The position numbers and the translations under genes were made by a program. A DNA stretch of 63,608 nt, counting the filler, from Nitrospinota bacterium (GTDB lineage: Bacteria > JADFOP01): NCBI GenBank assembly GCA_022562795.1. It is 3 parts of 3 records of this genome, joined end to end, with 100 filler letters (N's around TTAATTAATTAA, not from the genome) between each part and the next. Parts side by side here need not be neighbours in the genome. Positions count along the whole stretch, not along the records: positions 22,201 to 43,795 come from JADFOP010000039.1; 2 more parts are not named here. One strand, written 5' to 3'. This document shows positions 31,716 through 41,526 of this stretch, piece after piece; position 1 is the stretch's first letter; each line of letters starts with the position of its first letter. The notes under the pieces are model-generated. The model worked only from the letters and a program-made list of their open reading frames with translations, was not told the origin of the DNA and ran no database searches.

Positions 31716-32809
31716 GGATTCTTGGTTGAAACGGAAATTGGCGTTAGAGCTTTTTCGGGGTGGAGGCGGCGGAAGTCAGCCACCGCGCTTCGAACCTTGT
31801 CCAGGAGTTCCTGCGAGTAGAGCCGTCCCACGAGGGACTGCTGAGCTTGGCGGCCCGTCGTCACGAAACGTTCCATCTCCTCGTTTTGAGGAGCGGCCAC
31901 GACCTGGATTCCCCTTTTACGAAGCACCTCCAGGGCGCGGGCGTTATCGGCCCTGGTCTGAAGGACGAGCCGCCGCATGTATTCGCGGGTCCGTTCTTTG
32001 AGGAGCGCCTGGTATTTCGGTGGCAGCCGATCAAAGGCCTTTTTCGACATCAGCACAGCGCCGGCGGCGTCGGCCATGGGCAGGGCCCACATATAGGAGA
32101 CTTTCGTGTGCCACTGCAGCGCAACGGCACACAGGGGGCAGGCGTACACGGTATCGACGAGGTCGGTCTGAAGGGAGGTGAGCACATCGGTCACCGCAAG
32201 GGGGATGGGCGAGACCCCTAGAGCGCGAAAGTACGCCTGGGCCAGAGGGTCACCCTGCCACATCCAGACCTTGTGGGTCTTTAGGTCATCCTGGGTGCGG
32301 ATGGGCGACTTGGAGAAGAAGTGGACGAAACCGACCTCCGCCCAGCCAAGCAATATGAAGCCACGCTCGGCGAACCGGCGGGCGAAGGTCTCCTCCATCT
32401 TTCCAATGACGTGGTCAACCTCGTCGTAGTTGAAGAAGAGGAAGGGGAGGTCGAGGACCCGCACCTCTGGGAGAATCTCGCCCATTCCCACCCCCGTGAA
32501 GCCACCGGCGTGGAGCTGGCCGATCCGAATCTTGCGCAAAACGTCTTTCTCGTCGCCCTGGACCATGCCGGCGTAGATTTTAAAACCGAGCTCCCCTCCG
32601 GTGCGCTCGTATAATTCGGCATCGAGCTGACGCATGATCTTCATCCAAGTTGAACCCTCGGGGGCCAGTGTGGCGAACTTGATTTGGTGGCGAGGGCGCG
32701 GGCGGCGGCGAGCGTGCGCTGGAGAGGCCGTCAGAGAGAGCCCCACCGCCAAAGTGGTTATCCAGGCCCAAAGACAAAGGAAGCCCCTTCGAGGCTCAGA
32801 AGTACGCAT
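31712..32809 (-). CDS. dctP: TRAP substrate-binding protein DctP (TPAT P component)
   Basis: IKFATLAPEGS.W, GDEKD.LRK.RIGQL, LPFLF, LQT..VD. Confidence 0.92.
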   Translation of the reverse strand: MRTSEPRRGFLCLWAWITTLAVGLSLTASPAHARRRPRPRHQIKFATLAPEGSTWMKIMRQLDAELYERTGGELGFKIYAGMVQGDEKDVLRKIRIGQLHAGGFTGVGMGEILPEVRVLDLPFLFFNYDEVDHVIGKMEETFARRFAERGFILLGWAEVGFVHFFSKSPIRTQDDLKTHKVWMWQGDPLAQAYFRALGVSPIPLAVTDVLTSLQTDLVDTVYACPLCAVALQWHTKVSYMWALPMADAAGAVLMSKKAFDRLPPKYQALLKERTREYMRRLVLQTRADNARALEVLRKRGIQVVAAPQNEEMERFVTTGRQAQQSLVGRLYSQELLDKVRSAVADFRRLHPEKALTPISVSTKNP

Positions 32810-33701
32810 CGATGTCCTCCAGGAGGATGGCCGCCCGCTGGCGGGCCAAGGCGTCTAGGAGACCCCACCGAGGGATGGTCGTCGGCGGGGCTTCGAGCAC
32901 CTGCTTACACAATCTCACGAAAAGCCCTCTGTCCTGGGTCTGGACCGCGTAAGATGTGGCGAAGAGCACATGCGCCAGGAGGAACCGCCCCTCGGTTATG
33001 GCGACGACCCGCTCGTAGTGTTTTTTCGCCTCGGTCAGGTTGCCCCCAAGCATCGCGGGGCGGCTTGCAAGTGAAACGATGAAGAAGAGGTGGGCGCCTC
33101 CGTCGAAGTAGGTCTCGTCGAGCTCGAGGGTCCGCGCCATCATAGCCTCCACCTTCCAGTAGTCGGCCAGGGCTTCGGGGTTGTCCCGCTCCAGGTTGAT
33201 CCACCCCGCCCAATTGTAGGCTGTCCAGAAGAGCCCTGGGACGGCATCGGCCGAAAGACCTGCGAGAACCCTCCCAACTTCCGCCTCATCATTGCCCGCC
33301 AGGGCCGGGGTCAATCCCCCCTGGCGGTCGATGAGCCGCCAGCCGTAGACAAGCCCTCTTCGATAGAAGGTCGCTGCCCGCCCGGGGTCTTCGGGCTCGA
33401 CGAAGGCGAAGGCGTAGCCTCCGAAGCCCCGGGCCAGGAGGAGGAGCAATTCTGGGTTCCTTGGGTCGGCCTTGAGCATCCCCTCGGCAAGCTTGAGCTG
33501 GGAGGCGGTTGCATCCTCGGCGAGGGGCAGGTCGCCTTCCTCCTGGATGGATGCGGCGCCGAGCTTCGCAAGCCCGACCGAAGAGCGAACGAGTATCTGT
33601 TCTCCGGTGCAACCCGCTAGCAGGACCACTAGGAACAAAGCCCCGCCCGACCGGAACGGAGATGTTGTGCGACACCGCCTGAGCTCATCGTCTTGCCCCA
33701 T
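32796..33701 (-). CDS. tatT: TRAP transporter TatT component lipoprotein
   Basis: LLAGC lipobox; Y.FAFV, LFW.A..W.G.I, LDE.YF.GGAH, GG..EAK.H; directly upstream of dctP. Confidence 0.85.
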   Translation of the reverse strand: MGQDDELRRCRTTSPFRSGGALFLVVLLAGCTGEQILVRSSVGLAKLGAASIQEEGDLPLAEDATASQLKLAEGMLKADPRNPELLLLLARGFGGYAFAFVEPEDPGRAATFYRRGLVYGWRLIDRQGGLTPALAGNDEAEVGRVLAGLSADAVPGLFWTAYNWAGWINLERDNPEALADYWKVEAMMARTLELDETYFDGGAHLFFIVSLASRPAMLGGNLTEAKKHYERVVAITEGRFLLAHVLFATSYAVQTQDRGLFVRLCKQVLEAPPTTIPRWGLLDALARQRAAILLEDIDAYF

Positions 33702-33835
33702 GGAGCGTTCCTCGTCAACAGCAAACGGCATTATTCTATCGGAGGGGATGCACCCTTTCAACAGCCCATGAAAACCAGACCGCCCTGCTTCGCCCCACCC
33801 CCCTTAAGGGCGTCGTCTCGGACGCAGGGTGCGGC

Positions 33836-35485
33836 TCAGCGGATCGACTCGAAAGTGATGCGCTGTTTGACTTTCCTTTCGCCTGCCTTCGGAGCGGGGG
33901 GCTCCGTCGGATGAGGTTTCTTGGCAGCCAAGGTGGGTGTGGCCGGCGTCTCGGCGGCTGCCCGCTTGATTTCCCAGGGCACGAATAGGAAGCTGTATCG
34001 CGTCCGATCCGGCAGGCGGCGGTATGCTAGGAGGCCCTTGAAGAGGCTAAACTCCTTCGTCCGAGCCTCTCGATCGGAGGAGCGTTCGAAGATGTAGGCG
34101 AGCTCCATTGAGGAGGAGTGATCGTCCGCTTCATAGGTGAAAAGATTCCACAAAAAGGAGCTCGTCACGCGGCCGACCTCGTCTCTCCGGTAGTCGTAGA
34201 GGGTTAAATAGGGCCAGTTGCGCTGGAAGCTTTCCGAGACGATGGGGAAGACCGAGGGGAAGGCGACATTCACCGCCCCCGAGCGGCTCTTCTTATAGTG
34301 GCCGATGGGCCAGACGTGGGTGAGCCGGCTTGTCGCCCCGTCTTTTTCCCAGGTGCGCTGACGGTCCTTTGCGAAAAAGAGCCAGCGGGTCCGCTTCTCC
34401 CTGTATCCACCGGCTTGGAGGTCCCTGGTGCCGTAAATGAAGGGGGTGACGATGAAGGAGCTGTGGGATCGTTTGGTCTTCTCGTAGCCGAAGAGAGGCA
34501 GGAGCTTAAAGCCCTCCCGGTCGGCGCCCCGGGTGACGGTCAACAGAGGAAAGAGGCTAAAGGTGGAGTAGTCGTGTTCCTTGTCCTTAGCGGAATGGAA
34601 GAAGGGCCACAGGGCCACCCAGCTGTCGCGCTTTGGCGAGGTGGTCCGACCGAATAAGGGAAATAACATTCGGAAGTGCTCTGGGTTGTCGGTGTCAAGC
34701 CCCCTTCGGCGCTCGATCCAGAAGGGCCAAAGCACGAAAGAGGACTCCATGCGGCCTGCCTCGTTCCGCCACCCGAAGAAGGGCCAGGCCTTGAAGCCAT
34801 CTTCGCTCGGGCCCCGGGTGGATGAGAAAAAGGGCCATAGAAGATGGGTCGTGGTCGTATCATCCCGGCGGCTTCTTGCAAAGAGAGGGAAGAGGAAGAA
34901 GGAGCCCTCGTCCTGTCCGAAGCGCTCTTTTATTGTGCCGAATATGGGGAATATGCCGCCGTAGCCCTCCCCCTTCGAGGAGCGGCCGCCATAGATTGGA
35001 AAGATCCCAAAGCTCGGAGATTCGTCATTGTCGCCCTCTAAAAAGGGCAAAAGGCGCGTCTCCGTTTCACCCCCTTCGCTCTTGAAACGGCCGTAAGGCC
35101 ACAGGAACTCAATCACCGAGTCGCTGGTCTTCTTGTCCTTGCGGCTGAATAGCAAGGGGCTTAAAGCGAAGGTATTCTCCTCGGGGGTCCCTCCGAAGCG
35201 GAGCATAGGTCCAATTAGGTTGAACTGATAGGTCTGGCCTACAGGGTCGTGGCGGTAGTAGAGAAACGGCCAGAGGTTGAGCCTCTTTGTTTTCGAGACG
35301 ACCCCCTTGTCGCGGCTAGGGGGCGGGGGAACAGGGGTGGATAAGGCCAAAGGCGGTACGGGCGTTCCCTTGGCGGGAAGCGCTTTCTGGGGCTCAGCGG
35401 CGAGCCCGGGCCCGGCAGTCAAAAGAAGAAGGAGTATAGAGGCGACGGCAAGCCGGGCGGGGCGGTCTTCATGAAGAGGGGCCAT
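33836..35485 (-). CDS. Secreted hypothetical protein with ~20 aromatic (L/F)(W/F)P(F/L)F repeats
   Basis: Signal peptide, Pro linker, quasi-repeats about every 16-20 aa; 9 bp after mlaD. Confidence 0.8.
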   Translation of the reverse strand: MAPLHEDRPARLAVASILLLLLTAGPGLAAEPQKALPAKGTPVPPLALSTPVPPPPSRDKGVVSKTKRLNLWPFLYYRHDPVGQTYQFNLIGPMLRFGGTPEENTFALSPLLFSRKDKKTSDSVIEFLWPYGRFKSEGGETETRLLPFLEGDNDESPSFGIFPIYGGRSSKGEGYGGIFPIFGTIKERFGQDEGSFFLFPLFARSRRDDTTTTHLLWPFFSSTRGPSEDGFKAWPFFGWRNEAGRMESSFVLWPFWIERRRGLDTDNPEHFRMLFPLFGRTTSPKRDSWVALWPFFHSAKDKEHDYSTFSLFPLLTVTRGADREGFKLLPLFGYEKTKRSHSSFIVTPFIYGTRDLQAGGYREKRTRWLFFAKDRQRTWEKDGATSRLTHVWPIGHYKKSRSGAVNVAFPSVFPIVSESFQRNWPYLTLYDYRRDEVGRVTSSFLWNLFTYEADDHSSSMELAYIFERSSDREARTKEFSLFKGLLAYRRLPDRTRYSFLFVPWEIKRAAAETPATPTLAAKKPHPTEPPAPKAGERKVKQRITFESIR

Positions 35486-35494
35486 GGCCGGGGG

Positions 35495-36598
35495 CTAGAA
35501 GATGAAGCCGAGCACGACGCCTAGGGCAGAGATCGGTGTCTGCTCCTCGATGTCCTCGGCCGCCTTGCCCACTTTCTTCAACGCACGCTCCGCCTCCAGA
35601 TAGAGGGTTTCATCGGCGTAGAGCCGCCCAAGGGTCCCCTTGCCAGCCTCAACCCGCTTGACGATGCGGTCGATGGTGGCGATGGTATCCTTCGCCTGAT
35701 CGTAGATGTTGTCGTCGTTGAGGAACTTGGCGAGGCTGCCCTCCCCGCGCTCTACCTTCTGAGCGAGAGTGTGGACCACCGATAGCACATCGTCGACCTT
35801 CCTGCGGGCCTCTTTCAACCCCGAAAGAGCTTCCTTTACGTCAGCGTAGAGCTCCTCCTCGTAGATGAGCTTGCCAAGGGTCCCCTGGCCGGCCTCGATT
35901 TGGGTCGAGATCTTATCGAGTCGGGCGAACGTGTCCTGAATCTGGGGCAAGGTCTCGGTGGAGAAGGTCTTGATGCTATTGGAGGCCTCCTCCATGTTGT
36001 CGATTAAGAGCTTAAAACGATTGTCTTTGCCAAAGAGCTCACGGTCAATGCTCTCGGTAAGCTTGGAAACCGTCTCGAAGGCTTGCTTGAACCGGCTCAG
36101 CCCATCCTCTCCACTCATCATCTCGCCTAGGGGCTTGGTGAAGGCCTCGATGTTGCCGGCCACATCGGTGAGCTTTGCGATCAGCTCGTCAATATCGGCT
36201 GCCTCGGAGACAGGCTTCAGGACCGCCCCGTCTTTCAGCAGGGGAGCATCGAGCGGGCCGGGATCGATGTCGAGGAACTTCTCTCCAAGGAAACCCTCGG
36301 TCTTGATCTCCGCCGCGGCCCCTTCGTGAAGTTCGACTTCCTCTTCAAGCCGGATGACGACCTTTGCCTTTCCGCGCTCCAGGCTGATCGCCTCGACCCT
36401 GCCTACGTGGACCCCGGCGACCTTAACGTGGCTTCTCACCTCAAGCCCAGAGACGTTGTGAAAGTAGGTCACGAGCGTCTTGGCCGGCTTGCCCCGGAAG
36501 CCCTCGAAAATGCCTATGGAGACCGAAAGGTAAAAAAGGATCCCCAAGGCCACTAGGCCGAAGAGGCCGACCTTAGCTTCTGTCGCGAATCGGGCCAT
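35495..36598 (-). CDS. mlaD: MCE/MlaD family protein with long helical extension
   Basis: EAKVG.F TM, F..VSGL...V..AGV.VG.V, GFLGEKF; repeated G.GTLGKL..DE.LY units. Confidence 0.92.
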   Translation of the reverse strand: MARFATEAKVGLFGLVALGILFYLSVSIGIFEGFRGKPAKTLVTYFHNVSGLEVRSHVKVAGVHVGRVEAISLERGKAKVVIRLEEEVELHEGAAAEIKTEGFLGEKFLDIDPGPLDAPLLKDGAVLKPVSEAADIDELIAKLTDVAGNIEAFTKPLGEMMSGEDGLSRFKQAFETVSKLTESIDRELFGKDNRFKLLIDNMEEASNSIKTFSTETLPQIQDTFARLDKISTQIEAGQGTLGKLIYEEELYADVKEALSGLKEARRKVDDVLSVVHTLAQKVERGEGSLAKFLNDDNIYDQAKDTIATIDRIVKRVEAGKGTLGRLYADETLYLEAERALKKVGKAAEDIEEQTPISALGVVLGFIF

Positions 36599-36631
36599 AA
36601 TAATTTCCTGCTCCTCCGTACGGGTCCTATG

Positions 36632-37387
36632 TCAGACGCTCGTTATGGGACCAACGGAACTGCCAGTGATGAACTGGCGCACCATGGGGTCGGTGGTATT
36701 CTTACACTCCTCCGGTGTTCCGGTAAAGATGATTTTTCCCTGATAGAGCATGGCCAAGCGGTGGCCGATCTTGTAAGCGCTTACCATGTCGTGGGTTATG
36801 GCGATGCTGGTTATGGCGAAACGTTCTCTCATTTCAACGATGAGGTCGTTTATGGCATCGGCCATGATGGGGTCTAGACCGGTGGTCGGCTCATCGTAAA
36901 GGATTACCTCCGGCTCGATAGCCAACGCTCGGGCCAGCCCGACCCGCTTTTTCATGCCTCCGGAGAGCTCAGCGGGGAATAGGTCCTCGGTGCCGGGCAA
37001 CCCCACGAGGGTGAGCTTCTCGCGGACCCGGTCGGCAATCTCTGCCCGGCTCAGCCGCGTGTGTTCGACCAGAGCGAAGGCCACGTTCTCTCCCACAGTG
37101 AGAGAGTCGAAGAGAGCTGCGGCCTGAAAAAGCATGCCGAATTTCTTTCGCAGCTCCTTGAGCTGGCGCTCCCTCATTGTGGTGACCTCCTCTCCGTCCA
37201 CCAAGATGGAACCCCGATCGGGCTTGAGCAGGCCTATGATATGCTTGATGAGGACGCTTTTGCCCGAGCCGCTGCCGCCAATGACGACCATGCTTTCGCC
37301 CGGCTCAACCGTCAGGTTCACTCCTCTCAGGACGTGGTTGGCCCCGAAGCTCTTGTGGAGGTCGGTAATTGTTATTGCATTGAGCAT
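36632..37387 (-). CDS. mlaF: MlaF-like ABC ATPase
   Basis: GGSGSGKS, LFQ..ALFDS, ELSGGMKKR, YDEPTTGLDP. Confidence 0.93.
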   Translation of the reverse strand: MLNAITITDLHKSFGANHVLRGVNLTVEPGESMVVIGGSGSGKSVLIKHIIGLLKPDRGSILVDGEEVTTMRERQLKELRKKFGMLFQAAALFDSLTVGENVAFALVEHTRLSRAEIADRVREKLTLVGLPGTEDLFPAELSGGMKKRVGLARALAIEPEVILYDEPTTGLDPIMADAINDLIVEMRERFAITSIAITHDMVSAYKIGHRLAMLYQGKIIFTGTPEECKNTTDPMVRQFITGSSVGPITSV

Positions 37388-37397
37388 AGTCGGCGGC

Positions 37398-38207
37398 TCA
37401 CAAAAGCAGGGCGGTGAGAATGTAGTTAAAGATGAGGATGAAGGTGCTCGCTAAGACGACGGCCCGGGTCGTGGAGCGGCCGACCCCCTCGGCTCCACCC
37501 CTGGTGATGAAACCCTGGTAGCAGCCGATGATGGCGATAATCATTCCGAAGATGCAGGATTTGATTAGTCCCGTGTAGATATCCTCGCCTTCAATGAACC
37601 ACCACATCTGGCGAATGTAGATCACAGGGTTGGTCCCCAGCGCGTTGACTGAGATGACGTAGGCCCCGATCATCCCGATCCCAGAAAAAAGGGTAGAGAG
37701 CAGGGGCATCATCAGGGTGCCTGCCAGGTAGCGGGGCACCACCAGGTAGTTTACCGGATCGGTTGCCAAGGAGTTGAGAGCGTCGATCTGCTCGGTGACC
37801 TTCATCGTGCCGATCTCGGCGGCCATAGCCGAGCCAGCCCGGCCGGCGACGAGGAGACCGGTGAAGACAGGCCCGAGCTCCCTGAGAAGAGTGACGGCGA
37901 TCACGCCGCCGATCATGGTCTCGGCGTTAAAGCGCTTGAAAGAGGTAAATGTCTGGAGGGCCAGGACCGCTCCCGTAAAGCCACCCGTTATAAGAACGAC
38001 GGGTATCGAGTTGAACCCGACCAGCTCCATCTGTCGGAAAATGAGTCGCGGGCGGAAGGGTGGCCAGAGGCAGTAGCGAAGAGTGCGGCCAAATAAGAGC
38101 ATGTGGGCGCCGAGCTCCGAGAGTATGTTTATCAGGAGGCGTCCTAGGCCCTCCAAGGGGAGGGCCAGGACCGAGCGGCGCTCGATGGCCGTATGCGGCG
38201 GTGTCAT
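37398..38207 (-). CDS. mlaE: MlaE-like ABC permease
   Basis: RELGPV, GSAMAAEIGTMKVTEQIDAL, GAEGVGRSTT. Confidence 0.94.
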   Translation of the reverse strand: MTPPHTAIERRSVLALPLEGLGRLLINILSELGAHMLLFGRTLRYCLWPPFRPRLIFRQMELVGFNSIPVVLITGGFTGAVLALQTFTSFKRFNAETMIGGVIAVTLLRELGPVFTGLLVAGRAGSAMAAEIGTMKVTEQIDALNSLATDPVNYLVVPRYLAGTLMMPLLSTLFSGIGMIGAYVISVNALGTNPVIYIRQMWWFIEGEDIYTGLIKSCIFGMIIAIIGCYQGFITRGGAEGVGRSTTRAVVLASTFILIFNYILTALLL

Positions 38208-39355
38208 GGAACCACCTCCAAGGGCCGGCCGTCTCGCACATACAGGCGGGGCACACGTTTGCCAATTCGGGTGAAGACCTCATACGAGATTGTCTCGCTG
38301 GCCGCCGCCACCTCGTCGGCGGTGATGAGGGCATCGCCCTGCCGCCCGATGAGGACGACCTCATCGCCTACCGAAACCCCCGGTACTTCTGTCACGTCCA
38401 CCATAGTCAAATCCATACAGACCGTTCCCACAATAGGGACCCGCCGGTCGCCTACGAGGGCGGAGCCCCGGTTGGAGAGCAGACGGCTCCAGCCGTCAGC
38501 GTAGCCGATAGGCAGGGTGGCGATGCGGCTCGCCTTATCCGCCACGTATCGCCGCCCGTAGGATACGCTCTCGCCGACCGCGAGGTCGAAGAGATGGCCC
38601 ACCTGCGTCTTGAGCTTCATTACCGGTCTAAGGTCGGCGTCGGCCCCCACCTCCGCCGACGGCGGGGCCCCGTAAAGCATGATGCCCGGCCTGACCATAT
38701 CGTAGTGGCTCTCGGGTAGGCTCAAGATCGCTGCGCTATTTGCTGCATGGACGCAAGGCACCTCAAGGCCCGCATCCCGAACGGAATGGACGGCCCGCTC
38801 GAAACGCGCAAGCTGCTCAGAAGTGTAGGCCTTATCGGCGTGGTCGGCCGTGGCGAAGTGGGTCATTATGCCCGCCAACTTGACGCCCTTCAGGTCGCTC
38901 AGACGCTTGGCCTCCTCCAGGGCCCTTTCAGGAGGCAATCCAAGCCGCCCCATTCCCGTATCCAGTTTCAGGTGGCACGCTACGATCCTGGCCTGCCTTC
39001 TCGCTTCCGAAGCCAACGCCTCGGCATGCTTCATTGAGTAGAGCGCCAGCTCCAGCCCGTAGGCCACCACCTCCTCAACTCGGTCTTCGAAGAATCCCCC
39101 CAGGACGATGATGGGAGCTTCCAGGCCCGCCTCCCTAAGCTCCACCGCCTCGTCCACATGTGCGACCCCGAATATTTCGGCGAGACCCGCCTGAAGGGAA
39201 GCCCGGATCAGCGGCAAGGCGCCGTGGCCGTATCCGTCCGCCTTTACCATGGCGGCTACTTTGACCCCTGGGGGGATGGAGCGGTGGACTAGGTCCAGAT
39301 TGTGGCAGAATGCCCCGAGGTCGATCTCAGCGACGGTGGGGTGGCGGGACGACAT
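38204..39355 (-). CDS. alr: Alanine racemase
   Basis: VKADGYGHG, LDTGMGRLG, NSAA, GYADG, GTVCMD. Confidence 0.96.
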   Translation of the reverse strand: MSSRHPTVAEIDLGAFCHNLDLVHRSIPPGVKVAAMVKADGYGHGALPLIRASLQAGLAEIFGVAHVDEAVELREAGLEAPIIVLGGFFEDRVEEVVAYGLELALYSMKHAEALASEARRQARIVACHLKLDTGMGRLGLPPERALEEAKRLSDLKGVKLAGIMTHFATADHADKAYTSEQLARFERAVHSVRDAGLEVPCVHAANSAAILSLPESHYDMVRPGIMLYGAPPSAEVGADADLRPVMKLKTQVGHLFDLAVGESVSYGRRYVADKASRIATLPIGYADGWSRLLSNRGSALVGDRRVPIVGTVCMDLTMVDVTEVPGVSVGDEVVLIGRQGDALITADEVAAASETISYEVFTRIGKRVPRLYVRDGRPLEVVP

Positions 39356-39359
39356 CGCC

Positions 39360-40763
39360 TCAGGCGGGCTCCATGTGCCTGGAGAGGTTTTCGAAGCGGG
39401 CGAATTCTTTTAGGAAGGTGAGCCTCACCGTGCCGGTGGGGCCGTTGCGCTGCTTGCCGATGATTATTTCTGCAATACCTTTTGTTTTATCCTCCGGAGG
39501 AGGGCTATCGGTGTATCCTCTGCTTTCAGTTTCATCAGAGGTTACTTCTCTTGCATACGCATCAGGCCGGTGGATAAAAAGGACTACATCTGCATCCTGT
39601 TCGATCGACCCTGATTCTCTTAAATCGGCCAATTGTGGCCTTCGATCCTGCCGGTGCTCGACAGCCCTACTTAACTGTGATAGAGCAATAACCGGAATAT
39701 CTATTTCTTTGGCAAGCGACTTTAAGGACCGAGTAATTTCTGAAACCTCTTGAACTCTATTTTCAAATCTTCCTCGAGATGTCATGAGCTGAAGGTAATC
39801 AACGATGATTAATCCTATGTTGTGTTCTGATTTTATTCGGCGAGCTTTTGCTCTAAGTTCTAAAATTGTAAGGTAAGGGCTATCATCAATGAAAATCGGT
39901 GCTTCGTAGAATTTACTAACTGCCATTGATAGTGGAACCCATTCGCGCGTCGAAATCTTCCCCATTCTCAAGCGATTAGAATCTATTCTCGATTCCGAGG
40001 CAATCGTCCTAATACCAATCTGAGCGTTTGACATTTCTATACTGTGGAAGGCCACAGGAATTTTACTAGAGAGAGCCACATTAAACGTAATATTCAGGGC
40101 TAGGGCCGTCTTTCCCATACCTGGTCTGCCCGCAATGATAATGAGGTCTCCTTTTTGGAGCCCCACAATATATTTATCCAATTCGGTGAAGCCTGTTTTA
40201 ATACTACTTTCTGGTTGCTTGCCTTGAGATATATCTTCTATTCTTTCCAGAGCTTCTTTCACAATACTACCAGCTCGGTTATATGAGGGTGTGATTTTTT
40301 GCTCTGCAATCTTGAAGATCGATTGCTCTGCTCGATCCAGGAGCATTTCTACGTCTTCGGTATCCTCGTAGCTCTGGCTGACAATCTCGGTGCCCACGTG
40401 AATGAGCCCGCGGAGAATGGCCTTCTCCCGGACAATCTTGGCGTGGTGGCGGACGTGCCCAGCGGTGGGGGTCATATCGATTAGCTGGGAGAGGTAAGAG
40501 ACCCCGCCGGAGGCTTCCAGCCGCTCGCGGAGCCTGAGGCGCTCCTGAAGGGTGAGCAGGTCGATTGGCTCGCCATGCTCGAAGAGCTCTAGCATGGCCT
40601 CGAAGATGAGCCGGTGTGTTTCGCGGTAGAAGTTTTCCCGGTCGAGAATCTCTAGCGCCTTCGACAGGGCTTCATTATCACGCAACACGGCCCCAAGGAC
40701 CGCCTGCTCCGCCTCCATGTTTTGGGGCGGCATCCTGTCGAGCAACTGGTCCGTCATTTCCAT
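39360..40763 (-). CDS. dnaB: Replicative DNA helicase
   Basis: PPQN.EAEQAVLG, GRPGMGKT, DYLQL, LSQLSR, DLRESGSIEQDAD, KQRNGP. Confidence 0.97.
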   Translation of the reverse strand: MEMTDQLLDRMPPQNMEAEQAVLGAVLRDNEALSKALEILDRENFYRETHRLIFEAMLELFEHGEPIDLLTLQERLRLRERLEASGGVSYLSQLIDMTPTAGHVRHHAKIVREKAILRGLIHVGTEIVSQSYEDTEDVEMLLDRAEQSIFKIAEQKITPSYNRAGSIVKEALERIEDISQGKQPESSIKTGFTELDKYIVGLQKGDLIIIAGRPGMGKTALALNITFNVALSSKIPVAFHSIEMSNAQIGIRTIASESRIDSNRLRMGKISTREWVPLSMAVSKFYEAPIFIDDSPYLTILELRAKARRIKSEHNIGLIIVDYLQLMTSRGRFENRVQEVSEITRSLKSLAKEIDIPVIALSQLSRAVEHRQDRRPQLADLRESGSIEQDADVVLFIHRPDAYAREVTSDETESRGYTDSPPPEDKTKGIAEIIIGKQRNGPTGTVRLTFLKEFARFENLSRHMEPA

Positions 40764-40797
40764 GGATGCGACCTGCTCCTGGAAAGGGCGAGAGGCA

Positions 40798-41241
40798 CTA
40801 TTCCTTAACGACCCAGACTTTCAGTTCCACCTCCACTTCGGGGTGGAGCTTGATGGGAACGTTGAAGACGCCGAGGCTCTTAATTGGCTCCTCGAGTAGA
40901 ACGTTTTTCCGCTCCACACCCATTTTCTCTTCAGCGAAGAAATCGGCGATGTCCTTGGACGTCACGGACCCGAAAAGCTTATCATCTTCTCCGGCTTTGC
41001 GAACAAATGTGGCGCTGATGGTGTTGATATCTACAGCGAGATGGGTTGCTTGCCTGAGATGTTTGTTCTGCTGAGCGGATAAGAGTCTGCGCTGGTGTTC
41101 GATGGCCCGCATGTTTCCGGGGGTGGCCATCACGGCCAGGCCTTTCGGAATGAGATAGTTGCGACCGTACCCCGCCTTCACCTCCACCAGGTCTCCCGCC
41201 CTGCCGAGGTCCACCACGTCATCCTGCAGAATCACCTTCAT
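40798..41241 (-). CDS. rplI: 50S ribosomal protein L9
   Basis: MKVIL..DV..LG..G..V.VK.GY.RNYLIP; KLFGSVT. Confidence 0.97.
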   Translation of the reverse strand: MKVILQDDVVDLGRAGDLVEVKAGYGRNYLIPKGLAVMATPGNMRAIEHQRRLLSAQQNKHLRQATHLAVDINTISATFVRKAGEDDKLFGSVTSKDIADFFAEEKMGVERKNVLLEEPIKSLGVFNVPIKLHPEVEVELKVWVVKE

Positions 41242-41266
41242 TGCCGTCCATCCTCCAGGGAGATGC

Positions 41267-41500
41267 TTACCGTTCCATGGTGAAGGGCATGAGCGCTATG
41301 TTCCGGGCCCGCTTGATGGCAGAAGTCAGCGCCCGCTGATGGGGGGCGCAATTGCCTGAGATGCGGCGAGGTAGAATCTTGCCCCGCTCGGTAATGAGGC
41401 TCCTGAGCCGTTTTATGTCCTTATAGTCGATGTAGGTGATCTTATCGACACAGAATCGGCATGCCTTCCTGCGGCCAAACCGCCGTCGTCGACGAAACAT
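41267..41500 (-). CDS. rpsR: 30S ribosomal protein S18 (Cys-containing form)
   Basis: [24 protein letters not shown]. Confidence 0.97.
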   Translation of the reverse strand: MFRRRRRFGRRKACRFCVDKITYIDYKDIKRLRSLITERGKILPRRISGNCAPHQRALTSAIKRARNIALMPFTMER

Positions 41501-41526
41501 TACACACTTCTCCTCGAACCCGTCAA

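Noticed and set aside
39360-40763. Intein in dnaB as the cause of the low-GC segment
   Set aside because: Protein length is normal (467 aa), helicase motifs are contiguous, and there are no intein splice or LAGLIDADG motifs
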